Assembly (NCBI GenBank): GCA_002189035.1
Contig: NEEC01000356.1
Coordinates: 1-40,869 of the forward strand
Source of the DNA: Utricularia gibba
Taxonomy: Eukaryota > Plantae > Magnoliophyta
Length of the DNA: 40,869 nucleotides
Direction: 5' to 3'
The notes under the pieces are model-generated. The model did no database searches. It worked only from the letters and a program-made list of their open reading frames with translations, and was not told where the DNA came from. Shown here piece after piece: positions 1 through 14,740 of the stretch (position 1 is the first letter of the stretch; the number at the start of each line of letters is the position of its first letter). The position numbers were made by a program, and so were the translations under genes.

Positions 1-3000
1 CATCCGGTTGACCTCATGAGCCATACAGAATCGGGGTCAAGGACCAAGTTCCCAGCGAGACTGGCCGCCACAAAACGAGAAGCTGTTCCTTGAAAACCAT
101 GTAGGCAGCCCCGAAAAACTGAACGTTAATAATACACACTTTATTTGCCGAGCTACAACTAACTCTCGCGCAAGCCTGACCTTTGTCCCGTTCTAGGTGC
201 ACCCCAAGACCGCCTCCTCAATAAAAATTGTTGAAAAAATCATGTGGGGCACGTGATATCGTAAGCATCATTTTTTTTTAATCGATTTCATCCGGTTGAC
301 CTCATGAGCAATACAGAATCGGGGTCAAGGACCAAGTTCCCAGCGAGACTGGCCGCACAAAACGAGAAGCTGTTCCTTGAAAAACCATGTAGGCAGCCCC
401 CAAAAACTGAACGTTAATAAATACATCACTTTATTTTCCGAGCTACAACTAACTCTCGGCGCAAGCCAAACCTGACCTTTGTCCCGTTCTAGGTGCACCC
501 CAAGACCGCCTCCTCAAGTATAAAGTAAGTTGTTGAAAAAATCATGTGGGTGCACGTGATATCGTAATTTAAACAAGGCATCATTTTTTTAATCGATTTG
601 CATCCGGTTGACCTCATGAGCCATACAGATCGGGTCAAGGACAAGTTCCCAGCGAGACTGGCCGCCACAAAACGAGAAGCTGTTCCTTGAAAAACCATGT
701 AGGCAGCCCCAAAAACTGAACGTTAATAAATACATCACTTTTTGCCGAGCTACAACTAACTCTCGGCGCAAGCCAAACCTGACCTTTGTCCCGTTCTAGG
801 TGCACCCCAAGACCGCCTCCTCAAGTATAAAGAAGTTGTTGAAAAAATCATGTGGGGCACGTGATATCGTAATTTAAAAAAGGCATCATTTTTTTAATCG
901 ATTTCATCCGGTTGACCTCATGAGCATACATAATCGGGGTCAGGACCAAGTTCCCAGCGAGACTGGCCGCCACAAAAGAAGCTGTTCCTTGAAAAACCAT
1001 GTAGGCAGCCCCAAAACTGAACGTTAATAAATACATCACTTTATTTGCCACAACTAACTCTCGGCAAGCCAAACCTGACCTTTGTCCCGTTCTAGGTGCA
1101 CCCAAGACCGCCTCCTCAAGTATAAAGTAAGTTGTTGAAAAAATCATTGGGGTGCACGTGATATCGTAATTTAAACAAAGGCATCATTTTTTTTAATCAA
1201 TTTGCATCCGGTTGACCTCATGAGCAATACATAATCGGGGTCAAGGACCAAGTTCCCAGCGAGACTGGCCGCCACAAAACGAGAAAGCTGTTCCTTGAAA
1301 AACCATGTAGGCAGCCCCAAAACTGAACGTTAATAAATACATCACTTTATTTTCCCGAGACAACTAACTCTCGGCGCAAGCCAAACCTGACCTTTGTCCC
1401 GTTCTAGGTGCACCCCAAGACCGCCTCCTCAAGTATAAAGTAAGTTGTTGAAAAAATCATGTGGGGTGCACGTGATATCGTAATTTAAACAAAGGCATCA
1501 TTTTTTAATCATTTGCATCCGGTTGACCTCATGAGCAAACATAATCGGGGTCAAGGACCAAGTTCCCAGCGAGACTGGCCCCAAAACGAGAAGCTGTTCC
1601 TTGAAAAACCATGTAGGCAGCCCCCAAAACTGAACGTTAATAAATACATCACTTTATTTCCGAGCTACAACTAACTCTCGGCGCAAGCCAAACCTGACCT
1701 TTGTCCCGTTCTAGGTGCACCCCAAGACCGCCTCCCAAGTATAAAGTAAGTTGTTGAAAAAATCATGTGGGGTGCACGTGATATCGTAATTTAAACAAAG
1801 GCATCATTTTTTTAATCGATTTGCATCCGGTTGACCTCATGAGCCATACAGAATCGGGGTCAAGGACCAAGTTCCCAGCGAGACTGGCCGCCACAAAACG
1901 AGAAGCTGTTCCTTGAAAAACCATGTAGGCAGCCCCCAAAACTGAACGTTAATAAATACATCACTTTATTTCCGAGCTACAACTAACTCTCGGCGCAAGC
2001 CAAACCTGACCTTTGTCCGTTCTAGGTGCACCCCAAGACCGCCTCCTCAAGTATAAAGTAAGTTGTTGAAAAAATCATGTGGGGTGCACGTGAATCGTAA
2101 TTTAAAGAAAGGCATCATTTTTTAAATCGATTTGCATCCGGTTGACCTCATGAGCCATACAGAATCGGGGTCCCCAAGTTCCAGCGAGACTGGCCGCCAC
2201 AAAACGAGAAGCTGTTCTTGAAAAACCATGTAGGCAGCCCCAAAACTGAACGTTAATAAATACATCACTTTATTTGCCGAGCTACAACTAACTCTCGGCA
2301 AGCCAAACCTGACCTTTGTCCCGTTCTAGGTGCACCCAAAGACCGCCTCCTCAAGTATAAAGTAAGTTGTTAAAAAATCATGTGGGGTGCACGTGATATC
2401 GTAATTTAAACAAAGGCATCATTTTTTAATCAATTTGCATCCGGTTGACCTCATGAGCAATACATAAATCGGGGTCAAGGACCAAGTTCCCAGCGAGACT
2501 GGCCGCCACAAAACGAGAAGCTGTTCTTGAAAAACCATGTAGGCAGCCCCCAAAAACTGAACGTTAATAAATACATCACTTTATTTGCCGAGCTACAACT
2601 AACTCTCGGCGCAAGCCAAACCTGACCTTTGTCCCGTTCTAGGTGCACCCCAAGACCGCCTCCTCAAGTATAAAGTAAGTTGTTGAAAAAATCATGTGGG
2701 GTGCACGTGATATCGTAATTTAAACAAAGGCATCATTTTTTTTTTTAATCAATTTGCATCCGGTTGACCTCATGAGCAATACATAATCGGGGTCAAGGAC
2801 CAAGTTCCCAGCGAGACTGGCCGCACAAAACGAGAAGCTGTTCCTTGAAAAACCATGTAGGCAGCCCCCAAAAACTGAACGTTAATAAATACATCACTTT
2901 ATTTTCCGAGCTACAACTAACTCTCGGCGCAAGCCAAACCTGACCTTTGTCCGTTCTAGGTGCACCCCAAGACCGCCTCCAAGTATAAAGTAAGTTGTTG

Positions 3001-6000
3001 AAAAAATCATGTGGGGTGCACGTGATATCGTAATTTAAACAAGGCATCATTTTTTTAATCATTTGCATCCGGTTGACCTCATGAGCCATACAGAATCGGG
3101 GTCAAGGACCAAGTTCCCAGCGAGACTGGCCGCCACAAAAAGAAGCTGTTCCTTGAAAAACCATGTAGGCAGCCCCCAAAAACTGAACGTTAATAAATAC
3201 ATCACTTTATTTTCCGAGCTACAACTAACTCTCGGCGCAAGCCAAACTGACCTTTGTCCCGTTCTAGGTGCACCCCAAGACCGCCTCCACAAGTATAAAG
3301 CAAGTTGTTGAAAAAATCATGTGGGGTGCACGTGATATCGTAATTTAAAAAAGGCATCATTTTTTTAATCGATTTCCATCCGGTTGACCTCATGAGCCAT
3401 ACAGAATCGGGGTCAAGGACCAAGTTCCCAGCGAGACTGGCCGCCACAAAACGAGAAGCTGTTCCTTGAAAAACCATGTAGGCAGCCCCCAAAAACTGAA
3501 CGTTAATAAATACATCACTTTATTTGCCGACAACTAACTCTCGCGCAAGCCAAACCTGACCTTTGTCCCGTTCTAGGTGCCCCAAGACCGCTCCTCAAGT
3601 ATAAAGTAAGTTGTTGAAAAAATCATGTGGGTGCACGTGATATCGTAATTTAAACAAAGGCATCATTTTTTTAATCAATTTGCATCCGGTTGACCTCATG
3701 AGCAATACATAATCGGGGTCAAGGACCAAGTTCCCAGCGAGACTGGCCGCCACAAAACGAGAAGCTGTTCCTTGAAAAACCATGTAGGCAGCCCCAAAAC
3801 TGAACGTTAATAAAACATCACTTTATTTTCCGAGTACAACTAACTCTCGGCGCAAGCCAAACCTGACCTTTGTCCGTTCTAGGTGCACCCAAGACAAAGT
3901 ATAAAGTAAGTTGTTGAAAAAATCATGTGGGGTGCACGTGATATCGTAATTTAAACAAAGGCATCATTTTTTTAATCAATTTGCATCCGGTTGACCTCAT
4001 GAGCAATACATAATCGGGGTCAAGGACCAAGTTCCCAGCGAGACTGGCCGCCACAAAACGAGAAGCTGTTCCTTGAAAAACATGTAGGCAGCCCCCAAAA
4101 CTGAACGTTAATAAATACATCACTTTATTTGCCGAGCTACAACTAACTCTCGGCGCAAGCCAAACCTGACCTTTGTCCCGTTCTAGTGCACCCAAGACCG
4201 CCTCCCAAGTATAAAGTAAGTTGTTGAAAAAATCATGTGGGTGCACGTGATATCGTAATTTAAACAAAGGCATCATTTTTTTTAATCGATTTGCATCCGG
4301 TTGACCTCATGAGCATACAGAATCGGGGTCAAGGACCAAGTTCCCAGCGAGACTGGCCGCCACAAAACGAGAAGCTGTTCCTTGAAAAACCATGTAGGCA
4401 GCCCCCAAAAACTGAACGTTAATAAATACATCACTTTATTTTCCGAGCTACAACTAACTCTCGGCAAGCCAAACCCTTTGTCCCGTTCTAGGTGCACCCC
4501 AAGACCGCCTCCTCAAGTATAAAGTAAGTTGTTGAAAAAATCATGTGGGTGCACGTGATATCGTAATTTAAACAAAGGCATCATTTTTTTAATCAATTTG
4601 CATCCGGTTGACCTCATGAGCAATACATAATCGGGGTCAAGGACCAAGTTCCCAGCGAGACTGGCCGCCACAAAACGAGAAGCTGTTCCTTGAAAAACCA
4701 TGTAGGCAGCCCCCAAAAACTGAACGTTAATAAATACATCACTTTTTTGACAACTAACTCTCGGCGCAAGCCAAACCTGACCTTTGTCCGTTCCAGGTGC
4801 ACCCCAAGACCGCCTCCTCAAGTATAAAGTAAGTTGTTGAAAAAATCATGTGGGTGCACGTGATATCGTAATTTAAACAAAGGCATCATTTTTTTAATCG
4901 ATTTCATCCGGTTGACCTCATGAGCCATAAGAATCGGGGTCAAGGACCAAGTTCCAGCGAGACTGGCCGCCACAAAACGAGAAGCTGTTCCTTGAAAAAC
5001 CATGTAGGCAGCCCCCAAAAACTGAACGTTAATAAATACATCACTTTATTTCCGAGCTACAACTAACTCTCGGCGCAAGCCAAACCTGACCTTTGTCCCG
5101 TTCTAGGTGCACCCCAAGACCGCCTCCTCAAGTATAAAGTAAGTTGTTGAAAAAATCATGTGGGGTGCACGTGATATCGTAATTTAAACAAAGGCATCAT
5201 TTTCTTTAATCGATTTCCATCCGGTTGACCTCATGAGCCATACAGAATCGGGGTCAAGGACCAAGTTCCCAGCGAGACTGGCCGCCACAAAACGAGAAGC
5301 TGTTCCTTGAAAAACCATGTAGGCAGCCCCCGAAAACTGAACGTTAATAAATACATCACTTTATTTTCCGAGCTACAACTAACTCTCGGCGCAAGCCAAA
5401 CCTGACCTTTGTCCCGTTCTAGGTGCCCAAGACCGCCTCCTCAAGTATAAAGAAGTTGTAAAAAAATCATGTGGGGTGCACGTGATATCGTAATTTAACA
5501 AAGGCATCATTTTTTTAATCAATTTGCATCCGGTTGACCTCATGAGCAATACATAATCGGGGTCAAGGACCAAGTTCCCAGCGAGACTGGCCGCCACAAA
5601 ACGAGAAGCTGTTCCTTGAAAAACCATGTAGGCAGCCCCGAAAACTGAACGTTAATAAATACATCACTTATTTCCGAGCTACAACTAACTCTCGGCGCAA
5701 GCCAAACCTGACCTTTGTCCCGTTCTAGGTGCACCCCAAGACCGCCTCCTCAAGTATAAAGTAAGTTGTTGAAAAAATCATGTGGGGTGCACGTGATATC
5801 GTAATTTAAACAAAAGGCATCATTTTTTTAATCAATTTGCATCCGGTTGACCTCATGAGCAATACATAATCGGGGTCAAGGACCAAGTTCCCAGCGAGAC
5901 TGGCCGCCACAAAACGAGAAGCTGTTCTTGAAAAACCATGTAGGCAGCCCCCAAAAACTGAACGTTAATAAATACATCACTTTATTTCCGAGCTACAACT

Positions 6001-9000
6001 AACTCTCGGCGCAAGCCAAACCTGACCTTTGTCCCGTTCTAGGTGCACCCCAAGACCGCCTCCTCAAGTATAAAGTAAGTTGTTGAAAAAATCATGTGGG
6101 GTGCACGTGATATCGTAATTTAAACAAAGGCATCATTTTTAATCGATTTGCATCCGGTTGACCTCATGAGCCATACAGAATCGGGGTCAAGGACCAAGTT
6201 CCCAGCGAGACTGGCCGCCACAAAACGAGAAGCTGTTCCTTGAAAAACCATGTAGGCAGCCCCCAAAAACTGAACGTTAATAAATACATCACTTTATTTT
6301 CCGAGCTACAACTAACTCTCGGCGCAAGCCAAACCTGACCTTTGTCCCGTTCTAGGTGCACCCCAAGACCGCCTCCTCAAGTATAAAGTAAGTTGTTGAA
6401 AAAATCATGTGGGGTGCACGTGATATCGTAATTTAAACAAAGGCATCATTTTTTTAATCGATTTGCATCCGGTTGACCTCATGAGCCATACAGAATCGGG
6501 GTCAAGGACCAAGTTCCCAGCGAGACTGGCCGCCACAAAACGAGAAGCTGTTCCTTGAAAAACCATGTAGGCAGCCCCCAAAACTGAACGTTAATAAATA
6601 CATCACTTTATTTGCCGAGCTACAACTAACTCTCGGCGCAAGCCAAACCTGACCTTTGTCCCGTTCTAGGTGCACCCCAAGACCGCCTCCTCAAGTATAA
6701 AGTAAGTTGTTGAAAAAATCATGTGGGGTGCACGTGATATCGTAATTTAACAAAGGCATCATTTTTTTTAATCAATTTGCATCCGGTTGACCTCATGAGC
6801 AATACATAATCGGGGTCAAGGACCAAGTTCCCAGCGAGACTGGCCGCCACAAAACGAGAAGCTGTTCCTTGAAAAACCATGTAGGCAGCCCCCAAAACTG
6901 AACGTTAATAAATACATCACTTTATTTTCCGAGCTACAACTAACTCTCGGCGCAAGCCAAACCTGACCTTTGTCCCGTTCTAGGTGCACCCAAGACCGCC
7001 TCCCAAGTATAAAGTAAGTTGTTGAAAAAATCATGTGGGGTGCACGTGATATCGTAATTTAAACAAAGGCATCATTTTTTTTAATCAATTTGCATCCGGT
7101 TGACCTCATGAGCAATACATAATCGGGGTCAAGGACCAAGTTCCCAGCGAGACTGGCCGCCACAAAACGAGAAGCTGTTCCTTGAAAAACATGTAGGCAG
7201 CCCCCAAAACTGAACGTTAATAAATACATCACTTTATTTTCCGAGTACAACTAACTCTCGGCGCAAGCCAAACCTGACCTTTGTCCCGTTCTAGGTGCAC
7301 CCCAAGACCGCCTCCCAAGTATAAAGTAAGTTGTTGAAAAAATCATGTGGGGTGCACGTGATATCGTAATTTAAACAAAGGCATCATTTTTTTAATCGAT
7401 TTGCATCCGGTTGACCTCATGAGCCATACAGAATCGGGGTCAAGGACCAAGTTCCCAGCGAGACTGGCCGCCACAAAACGAGAAGCTGTTCCTTGAAAAA
7501 CCATGTAGGCAGCCCCCAAAAACTGAACGTTAATAAATACATCACTTTATTTTCCGAGCTACAACTAACTCTCGGCAAGCCAAACCTGACCTTTGTCCCG
7601 TTCTAGGTGCACCCCCGCCTCTCAAGTATAAAGTAAGTTGTTGAAAAAATCATGTGGGGTGCACGTGATATCGTAATTTAAACAAAGGCATCATTTTTTA
7701 ATCATTTGCATCCGGTTGACCTCATGAGCAATACATAATCGGGGTCAAGGACCAAGTTCCCAGCGAGACTGGCCGCCACAAAACGAGAAGCTGTTCCTTG
7801 AAAAACCATGTAGGCAGCCCCCAAAACTGAACGTTAATAAATACATCACTTTATTTGCCGAGCTACAACTAACTCTCGGCGCAAGCCAAACCTGACCTTT
7901 GTCCCGTTCTAGGTGCACCCCAAGACCGCCTCCCAAGTACAAGTTGTTGAAAAAATCATGTGGGGTGCACGTGATATCGTAATTTAAAGAAAGGCATCAT
8001 TTTCTTTAATCGATTTCCATCCGGTTGACCTCATGAGCCATACAGAATCGGGGTCAGGACCAAGTTCCCAGCGAGACTGGCCGCCACAAAACGAGAAGCT
8101 GTTCTTGAAAAACCATGTAGGCAGCCCCAAAACTGAACGTTAATAAATACATCACTTTATTTGCCGAGCTACAACTAACTCTCGGCAAGCCAAACCTGAC
8201 CTTTGTCCCGTTCTAGGTGCACCCAAAGACCGCCTCCTCAAGTATAAAGTGTTGAAAAAATCATGTGGGGTGCACGTGATATCGAATTTAAACAAAGCAT
8301 CATTTTTTAATCAATTTGCATCCGGTTGACCTCATGAGCAATACATAATCGGGGTCAAGGACCAAGTTCCAGCGAGACTGGCCGCCACAAAACGAGAAGC
8401 TGTTCCTTGAAAAACCATGTAGGCAGCCCCCAAAACTGAACGTTAATAAATACATCACTTTATTTTCCGAGCTACAACTAACTCTCGGCGCAAGCCAAAC
8501 CTGACCTTTGTCCCGTTCTAGGTGCACCCAAGACCGCCTCCTCAAGTATAAAGTAAGTTGTTGAAAAAATCATGTGGGGTGCACGTGATATCGTAATTTA
8601 AACAAAGGCATCATTTTTTTAATCAATTTGCATCCGTTGACCTCATGAGCAATACATAATCGGGGTCAAGGACCAAGTTCCCAGCGAGACTGGCCGCACA
8701 AAACGAGAAGCTGTTCCTTGAAAAACCATGTAGGCAGCCCCCAAAAACTGAACGTTAATAAATACATCACTTTATTTCCGAGCTACAACTAACTCTCGGC
8801 GCAAGCCAAACCTGACCTTTGTCCCGTTCTAGGTGCACCCAAGACCGCCTCCTCAAGTATAAAGTAAGTTGTTGAAAAAATCATGTGGGGTGCACGTGAT
8901 ATCGTAATTTAAACAAGGCATCATTTTTTTAATCGATTTGCATCCGGTTGACCTCATGAGCCATACAAATCGGGTCAAGGACCAAGTTCCCAGCGAGACT

Positions 9001-12000
9001 GGCCGCCACAAAACGAGAAGCTGTTCCTTGAAAAACCATGTAGGCAGCCCCCAAAAACTGAACGTTAATAAATACATCACTTTATTTTCGAGCTACAACT
9101 AACTCTCGGCGCAAGCCAAACCTGACCTTTGTCCCGTTCTAGGTGCACCCCAAGACCGCCTCCTCAAGTATAAAGCAAGTTGTTGAAAAAATCATGTGGG
9201 GTGCACGTGATATCGTAATTTAAAGAAAGGCATCATTTTCTTTAATCGATTTCCATCCGGTTGACCTCATGAGCCATACAGAATCGGGGTCCAGGACCAA
9301 GTTCCCAGCGAGACTGGCCGCCACAAAACGAGAAGCTGTTCCTTGAAAAACCATGTAGGCAGCCCCCGAAAACTGAACGTTAATAAATACATCACTTTAT
9401 TTGCCGAGTACAACTAACTCTCGGCGCAAGCCAAACCTGACCTTTGTCCGTTCTAGGTGCACCCCAAGACCGCCTCCTCAAGTATAAAGTAAGTTGTTGA
9501 AAAAATCATGTGGGGTGCACGTGATATCGTAATTTAAACAAAGGCATCATTTTTTTTAATCGATTTGCATCCGGTTGACCTCATGAGCAATACATAATCG
9601 GGGTCAAGGACCAAGTTCCCAGCGAGACTGGCCGCCACAAAACGAGAAGCTGTTCCTTGAAAAACCATGTAGGCAGCCCCCAAAACTGAACGTTAATAAA
9701 TACATCACTTTATTTTCCGAGCTACAACTAACTCTCGGCAAGCCAAACCTGACCTTTGTCCCGTTCTAGGTGCACCCCAAGACCGCCTCCTCAAGTATAA
9801 AGTAAGTTGTTGAAAAAATCATGTGGGGTGCACGTGATATCGTAATTTAAACAAAGGCATCATTTTTTAATCGATTTGCATCCGGTTGACCTCATGAGCC
9901 ATACAGAATCGGGGTCAAGGACCAAGTTCCCAGCGAGACTGGCCGCCACAAAACGAGAAGCTGTTCCTTGAAAAACCATGTAGGCAGCCCCCAAAACTGA
10001 ACGTTAATAAATACATCACTTTATTTCCGAGCTACAACTAACTCTCGGCGCAAGCCAAACCTGACCTTTGTCCCGTTCTAGGTGCACCCAAGACCGCCTC
10101 CTCAAGTATAAAGTAAGTTGTTGAAAAAATCATGTGGGGTGCACGTGATATCGTAATTTAAACAAAGCATCATTTTTTTAATCAATTTGCATCCGGTTGA
10201 CCTCATGAGCAATACATAATCGGGTCAAGGACCAAGTTCCCAGCGAGACTGGCCGCCACAAAACGAGAAGCTGTTCCTTGAAAAACCATGTAGGCAGCCC
10301 CCGAAAACTGAACGTTAATAAATACATCACTTTATTTTCCGAGCTACAACTAACTCTCGGCGCAAGCCAAACCTGACCTTTGTCCCGTTCTAGGTGCACC
10401 CCAAGACCGCCTCCTCAAGTATAAAGTAAGTTGTTGAAAAAATCATGTGGGGTGCACGTGATATCGTAATTTAAAGAAAGGCATCATTTTCTTTAATCGA
10501 TTTCCATCCGGTTGACCTCATGAGCCATACAGAATCGGGGTCAGGACCAAGTTCCCAGCGAGACTGGCCGCCACAAAACGAGAAGCTGTTCCTTGAAAAA
10601 CCATGTAGGCAGCCCCCAAAACTGAACGTTAATAAATACATCACTTTATTTCCGAGCTACAACTAACTCTCGGCGCAAGCCAAACCTGACCTTTGTCCCG
10701 TTCAGGTGCACCCCAAGACCGCCTCCTCAAGTATAAAGTAAGTTGTTGAAAAAATCATGTGGGTGCACGTGATATCGTAATTTAAACAAAGGCATCATTT
10801 TCTTTAATCGATTTCCATCCGGTTGACCTCATGAGCCATACAGAATCGGGGTCAGGACCAAGTTCCCAGCGAGACTGGCCGCCACAAAACGAGAAGCTGT
10901 TCCTTGAAAAACCATGTAGGCAGCCCCCGAAAACTGAACGTTAATAAATACATCACTTTATTTTCCGAGCTACAACTAACTCTCGGCGCAAGCCAAACCT
11001 GACCTTTGTCCCGTTCTAGGTGCACCCAAGACCGCCTCCTCAAGTATAAAGTAAGTTGTTGAAAAAATCATGTGGGGTGCACGTGATATCGTAATTTAAA
11101 CAAAGGCATCATTTTTTTAATCGATTTGCATCCGGTTGACCTCATGAGCCATACAGAATCGGGGTCAAGGACCAAGTTCCCAGCGAGACTGGCCGCCACA
11201 AAACGAGAAGCTGTTCCTTGAAAAACCATGTAGGCAGCCCCCAAAACTGAACGTTAATAAATACATCACTTTATTTCCGAGCTACAACTAACTCTCGGCG
11301 CAAGCCAAACCTGACCTTTGTCCCGTTCTAGGTGCACCCCAAGACCGCCTCCACAAGTATAAAGCAAGTTGTTGAAAAAATCATGTGGGGTGCACGTGAT
11401 ATCGTAATTTAAAGAAAGGCATCATTTTTTAATCGATTTCCATCCGGTTGACCTCATGAGCCATACAGAATCGGGGTCAGGACCAAGTTCCCAGCGAGAC
11501 TGGCCGCCACAAAACGAGAAGCTGTTCCTTGAAAAACCATGTAGGCAGCCCCCAAAAACTGAACGTTAATAAATACATCACTTTATTTTCCGAGCTACAA
11601 CTAACTCTCGGCGCAAGCCAAACCTGACTTTGTCTTCTAGGTGCACCCCAAGACCGCCTCCACAAGTATAAAGCAAGTTGTTGAAAAAATCATGTGGGGT
11701 GCACGTGATATCGTAATTTAAAGAAAGGCATCATTTTTTAATCGATTTCCATCCGGTGACCTCATGAGCCATACAGAATCGGGGTCAGGACCAAGTTCCC
11801 AGCGAGACTGGCCGCCACAAAACGAGAAGCTGTTCCTTGAAAAACCATGTAGGCAGCCCCCAAAACTGAACGTTAATAAATACATCACTTTATTTTCCGA
11901 GCTACAACTAACTCTCGCAAGCCAAACCTGACCTTTGTCCCGTTCTAGGTGCACCCCAAGACCGCCTCCTCAAGTATAAAGCAAGTTGTTGAAAAAATCA

Positions 12001-12960
12001 TGTGGGTGCACGTGATATCGTAATTTAAAGAAAGGCATCATTTTCTTTAATCGATTTCCATCCGGTTGACCTCATGAGCCATACAGAATCGGGGTCAAGG
12101 ACCAAGTTCCCAGCGAGACTGGCCGCCACAAAACGAGAAGCTGTTCCTTGAAAAACCATGTAGGCAGCCCCCAAAACTGAACGTTAATAAATACATCACT
12201 TTATTTGCCGAGCTACAACTAACTCTCGGCAAGCCAAACCTGACCTTTGTCCCGTTCTAGGTGCACCCAAGACCGCCTCCTCAAGTATAAAGTAAGTTGT
12301 TGAAAAAATCATGTGGGGTGCACGTGATATCGTAATTTAAACAAAGGCATCATTTTTTTAATCATTTGCATCCGGTTGACCTCATGAGCAATACATAATC
12401 GGGGTCAAGGACCAAGTTCCCAGCGAGACTGGCCGCCACAAAACGAGAAGCTGTTCCTTGAAAAACCATGTAGGCAGCCCCCGAAAACTGAACGTTAATA
12501 AATACATCACTTTATTTTCCGAGCTACAACTAACTCTCGGCGCAAGCCAAACCTGACCTTTGTCCCGTTCTAGGTGCACCCCAAGACCGCCTCCTCAAGT
12601 ATAAAGTAAGTTGTTGAAAAAATCATGTGGGGTGCACGTGATATCGTAATTTAAACAAAGGCATCATTTTCTTTAATCAATTTGCATCCGGTTGACCTCA
12701 TGAGCAATACATAATCGGGGTCAAGGACCAAGTTCCCAGCGAGACTGGCCGCCACAAAACGAGAAGCTGTTCCTTGAAAAACCATGTAGGCAGCCCCCAA
12801 AACTGAACGTTAATAAATACATCACTTTATTTGCCGAGTTACAACTAACTCTCGGCGCAAGCCAAACCTGACCTTTGTCCCGTTCTAGGTGCACCCCAAG
12901 ACCGCCTCCTCAAGTATAAAGTAAGTTGTTGAAAAAATCATGTGGGGTGCACGTGATATC

Positions 12961-12990
12961 GTAATTTAAACAACTGTTCCTGAAAAACCA
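12961..12990 (+). other. Internal deletion junction (~108 bp missing: monomer pos ~291-316 plus 1-82)
   Basis: Sequence reads gtaatttaaacaa|ctgttcctgaaaaacc, jumping from pos ~290 to pos 83. Confidence 0.85.
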
Positions 12991-14704
12991 TGTAGGCAGC
13001 CCCCAAAAACTGAACGTTAATAAATACATCACTTTATTTTCCGAGCTACAACTAACTCTCGGCGCAAGCCAAACCTGACCTTTGTCCCGTTCTAGGTGCA
13101 CCCCAAGACCGCCTCCTCAAGTATAAAGTAAGTTGTTGAAAAAATCATGTGGGGTGCACGTGATATCGTAATTAAACAAAGGCATCATTTTTTTAATCAA
13201 TTTGCATCCGGTTGACCTCATGAGCAATACATAATCGGGGTCAAGGACCAAGTTCCCAGCGAGACTTGGCCGCCACAAAACGAGAAGCTGTTCCTTGAAA
13301 AACCATGTAGGCAGCCCCCAAAACTGAACGTTAATAAATACATCACTTTATTTTCCGAGCTACAACTAACTCTCGGCGCAAGCCAAACCTGACCTTTGTC
13401 CCGTTCTAGGTGCACCCAAGACCGCCTCCTAAGTATAAAGTAAGTTGTTGAAAAAATCATGTGGGGTGCACGTGATATCGTAATTTAAACAAAGGCATCA
13501 TTTTTTTTAATCGATTTGCATCCGGTTGACCTCATGAGCAATACATAATCGGGGTCAAGGACCAAGTTCCCAGCGAGACTGGCCGCCACAAAACGAGAAG
13601 CTGTTCCTTGAAAAACCATGTAGGCAGCCCCCAAAACTGAACGTTAATAAATACATCACTTTATTTTCCGAGCTACAACTAACTCTCGGCGCAAGCCAAA
13701 CCTGACCTTTGTCCCGTTCTAGGTGCACCCCAACCGCCTCCTCAAGTATAAAGTAAGTTGTTGAAAAAATCATGTGGGGTGCACGTGATATCGTAATTTA
13801 AACAAAGGCATCATTTTCTTTAATCGATTTGCATCCGGTTGACCTCATGAGCATACAGAATCGGGGTCAAGGACCAAGTTCCCAGCGAGACTGGCCGCCA
13901 CAAAACGAGAAGCTGTTCCTTGAAAAACCATGTAGGCAGCCCCCGAAAACTGAACGTTAATAAATACATCACTTTATTTGCCGAGCTACAACTAACTCTC
14001 GGCGCAAGCCAAACCTGACCTTTGTCCCGTTCTAGGTGCACCCAAGACCGCCTCCTCAAGTATAAAGTAAGTTGTTGAAAAAATCATGTGGGGTGCACGT
14101 GATATCGTAATTTAAAAAAGGCATCATTTTTTTAATCAATTTGCATCCGGTTGACCTCATGAGCATACATAATCGGGGTCAAGGACCAAGTTCCCAGCGA
14201 GACTGGCCGCCACAAAACGAGAAGCTGTTCCTTGAAAAACCATGTAGGCAGCCCCCAAAAACTGAACGTTAATAAATACATCACTTTATTTGCCGAGCTA
14301 CAACTAACTCTCGGCGCAAGCCAAACCTGACCTTTGTCCCGTTCTAGGTGCACCCCAAGACCGCCTCCTCAAGTATAAAGTAAGTTGTTGAAAAAATCAT
14401 GTGGGGTGCACGTGATATCGTAATTTAAACAAAGCATCATTTTTTTAATCATTTGCATCCGGTTGACCTCATGAGCAATACATAATCGGGGTCAAGGACC
14501 AAGTTCCCAGCGAGACTGGCCGCCACAAAACGAGAAGCTGTTCCTTGAAAAACCATGTAGGCAGCCCCCAAAACTGAACGTTAATAAATACATCACTTTA
14601 TTTGCCGAGCTACAACTAACTCTCGGCGCAAGCCAAACCTGACCTTTGTCCCGTTCTAGGTGCACCCCAAGACCGCCTCCTCAAGTATAAAGTAAGTTGT
14701 TGAA

Positions 14705-14740
14705 AAAATCATGCGTGATATCCCTGTTCCTTGAAAAACC
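14705..14740 (+). other. Internal deletion junction (~120 bp missing, resuming at monomer pos 83), plus a 9-bp upstream gap
   Basis: Sequence reads aaaatcatg|cgtgatatc|c|ctgttccttgaaaaacc. Confidence 0.85.
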
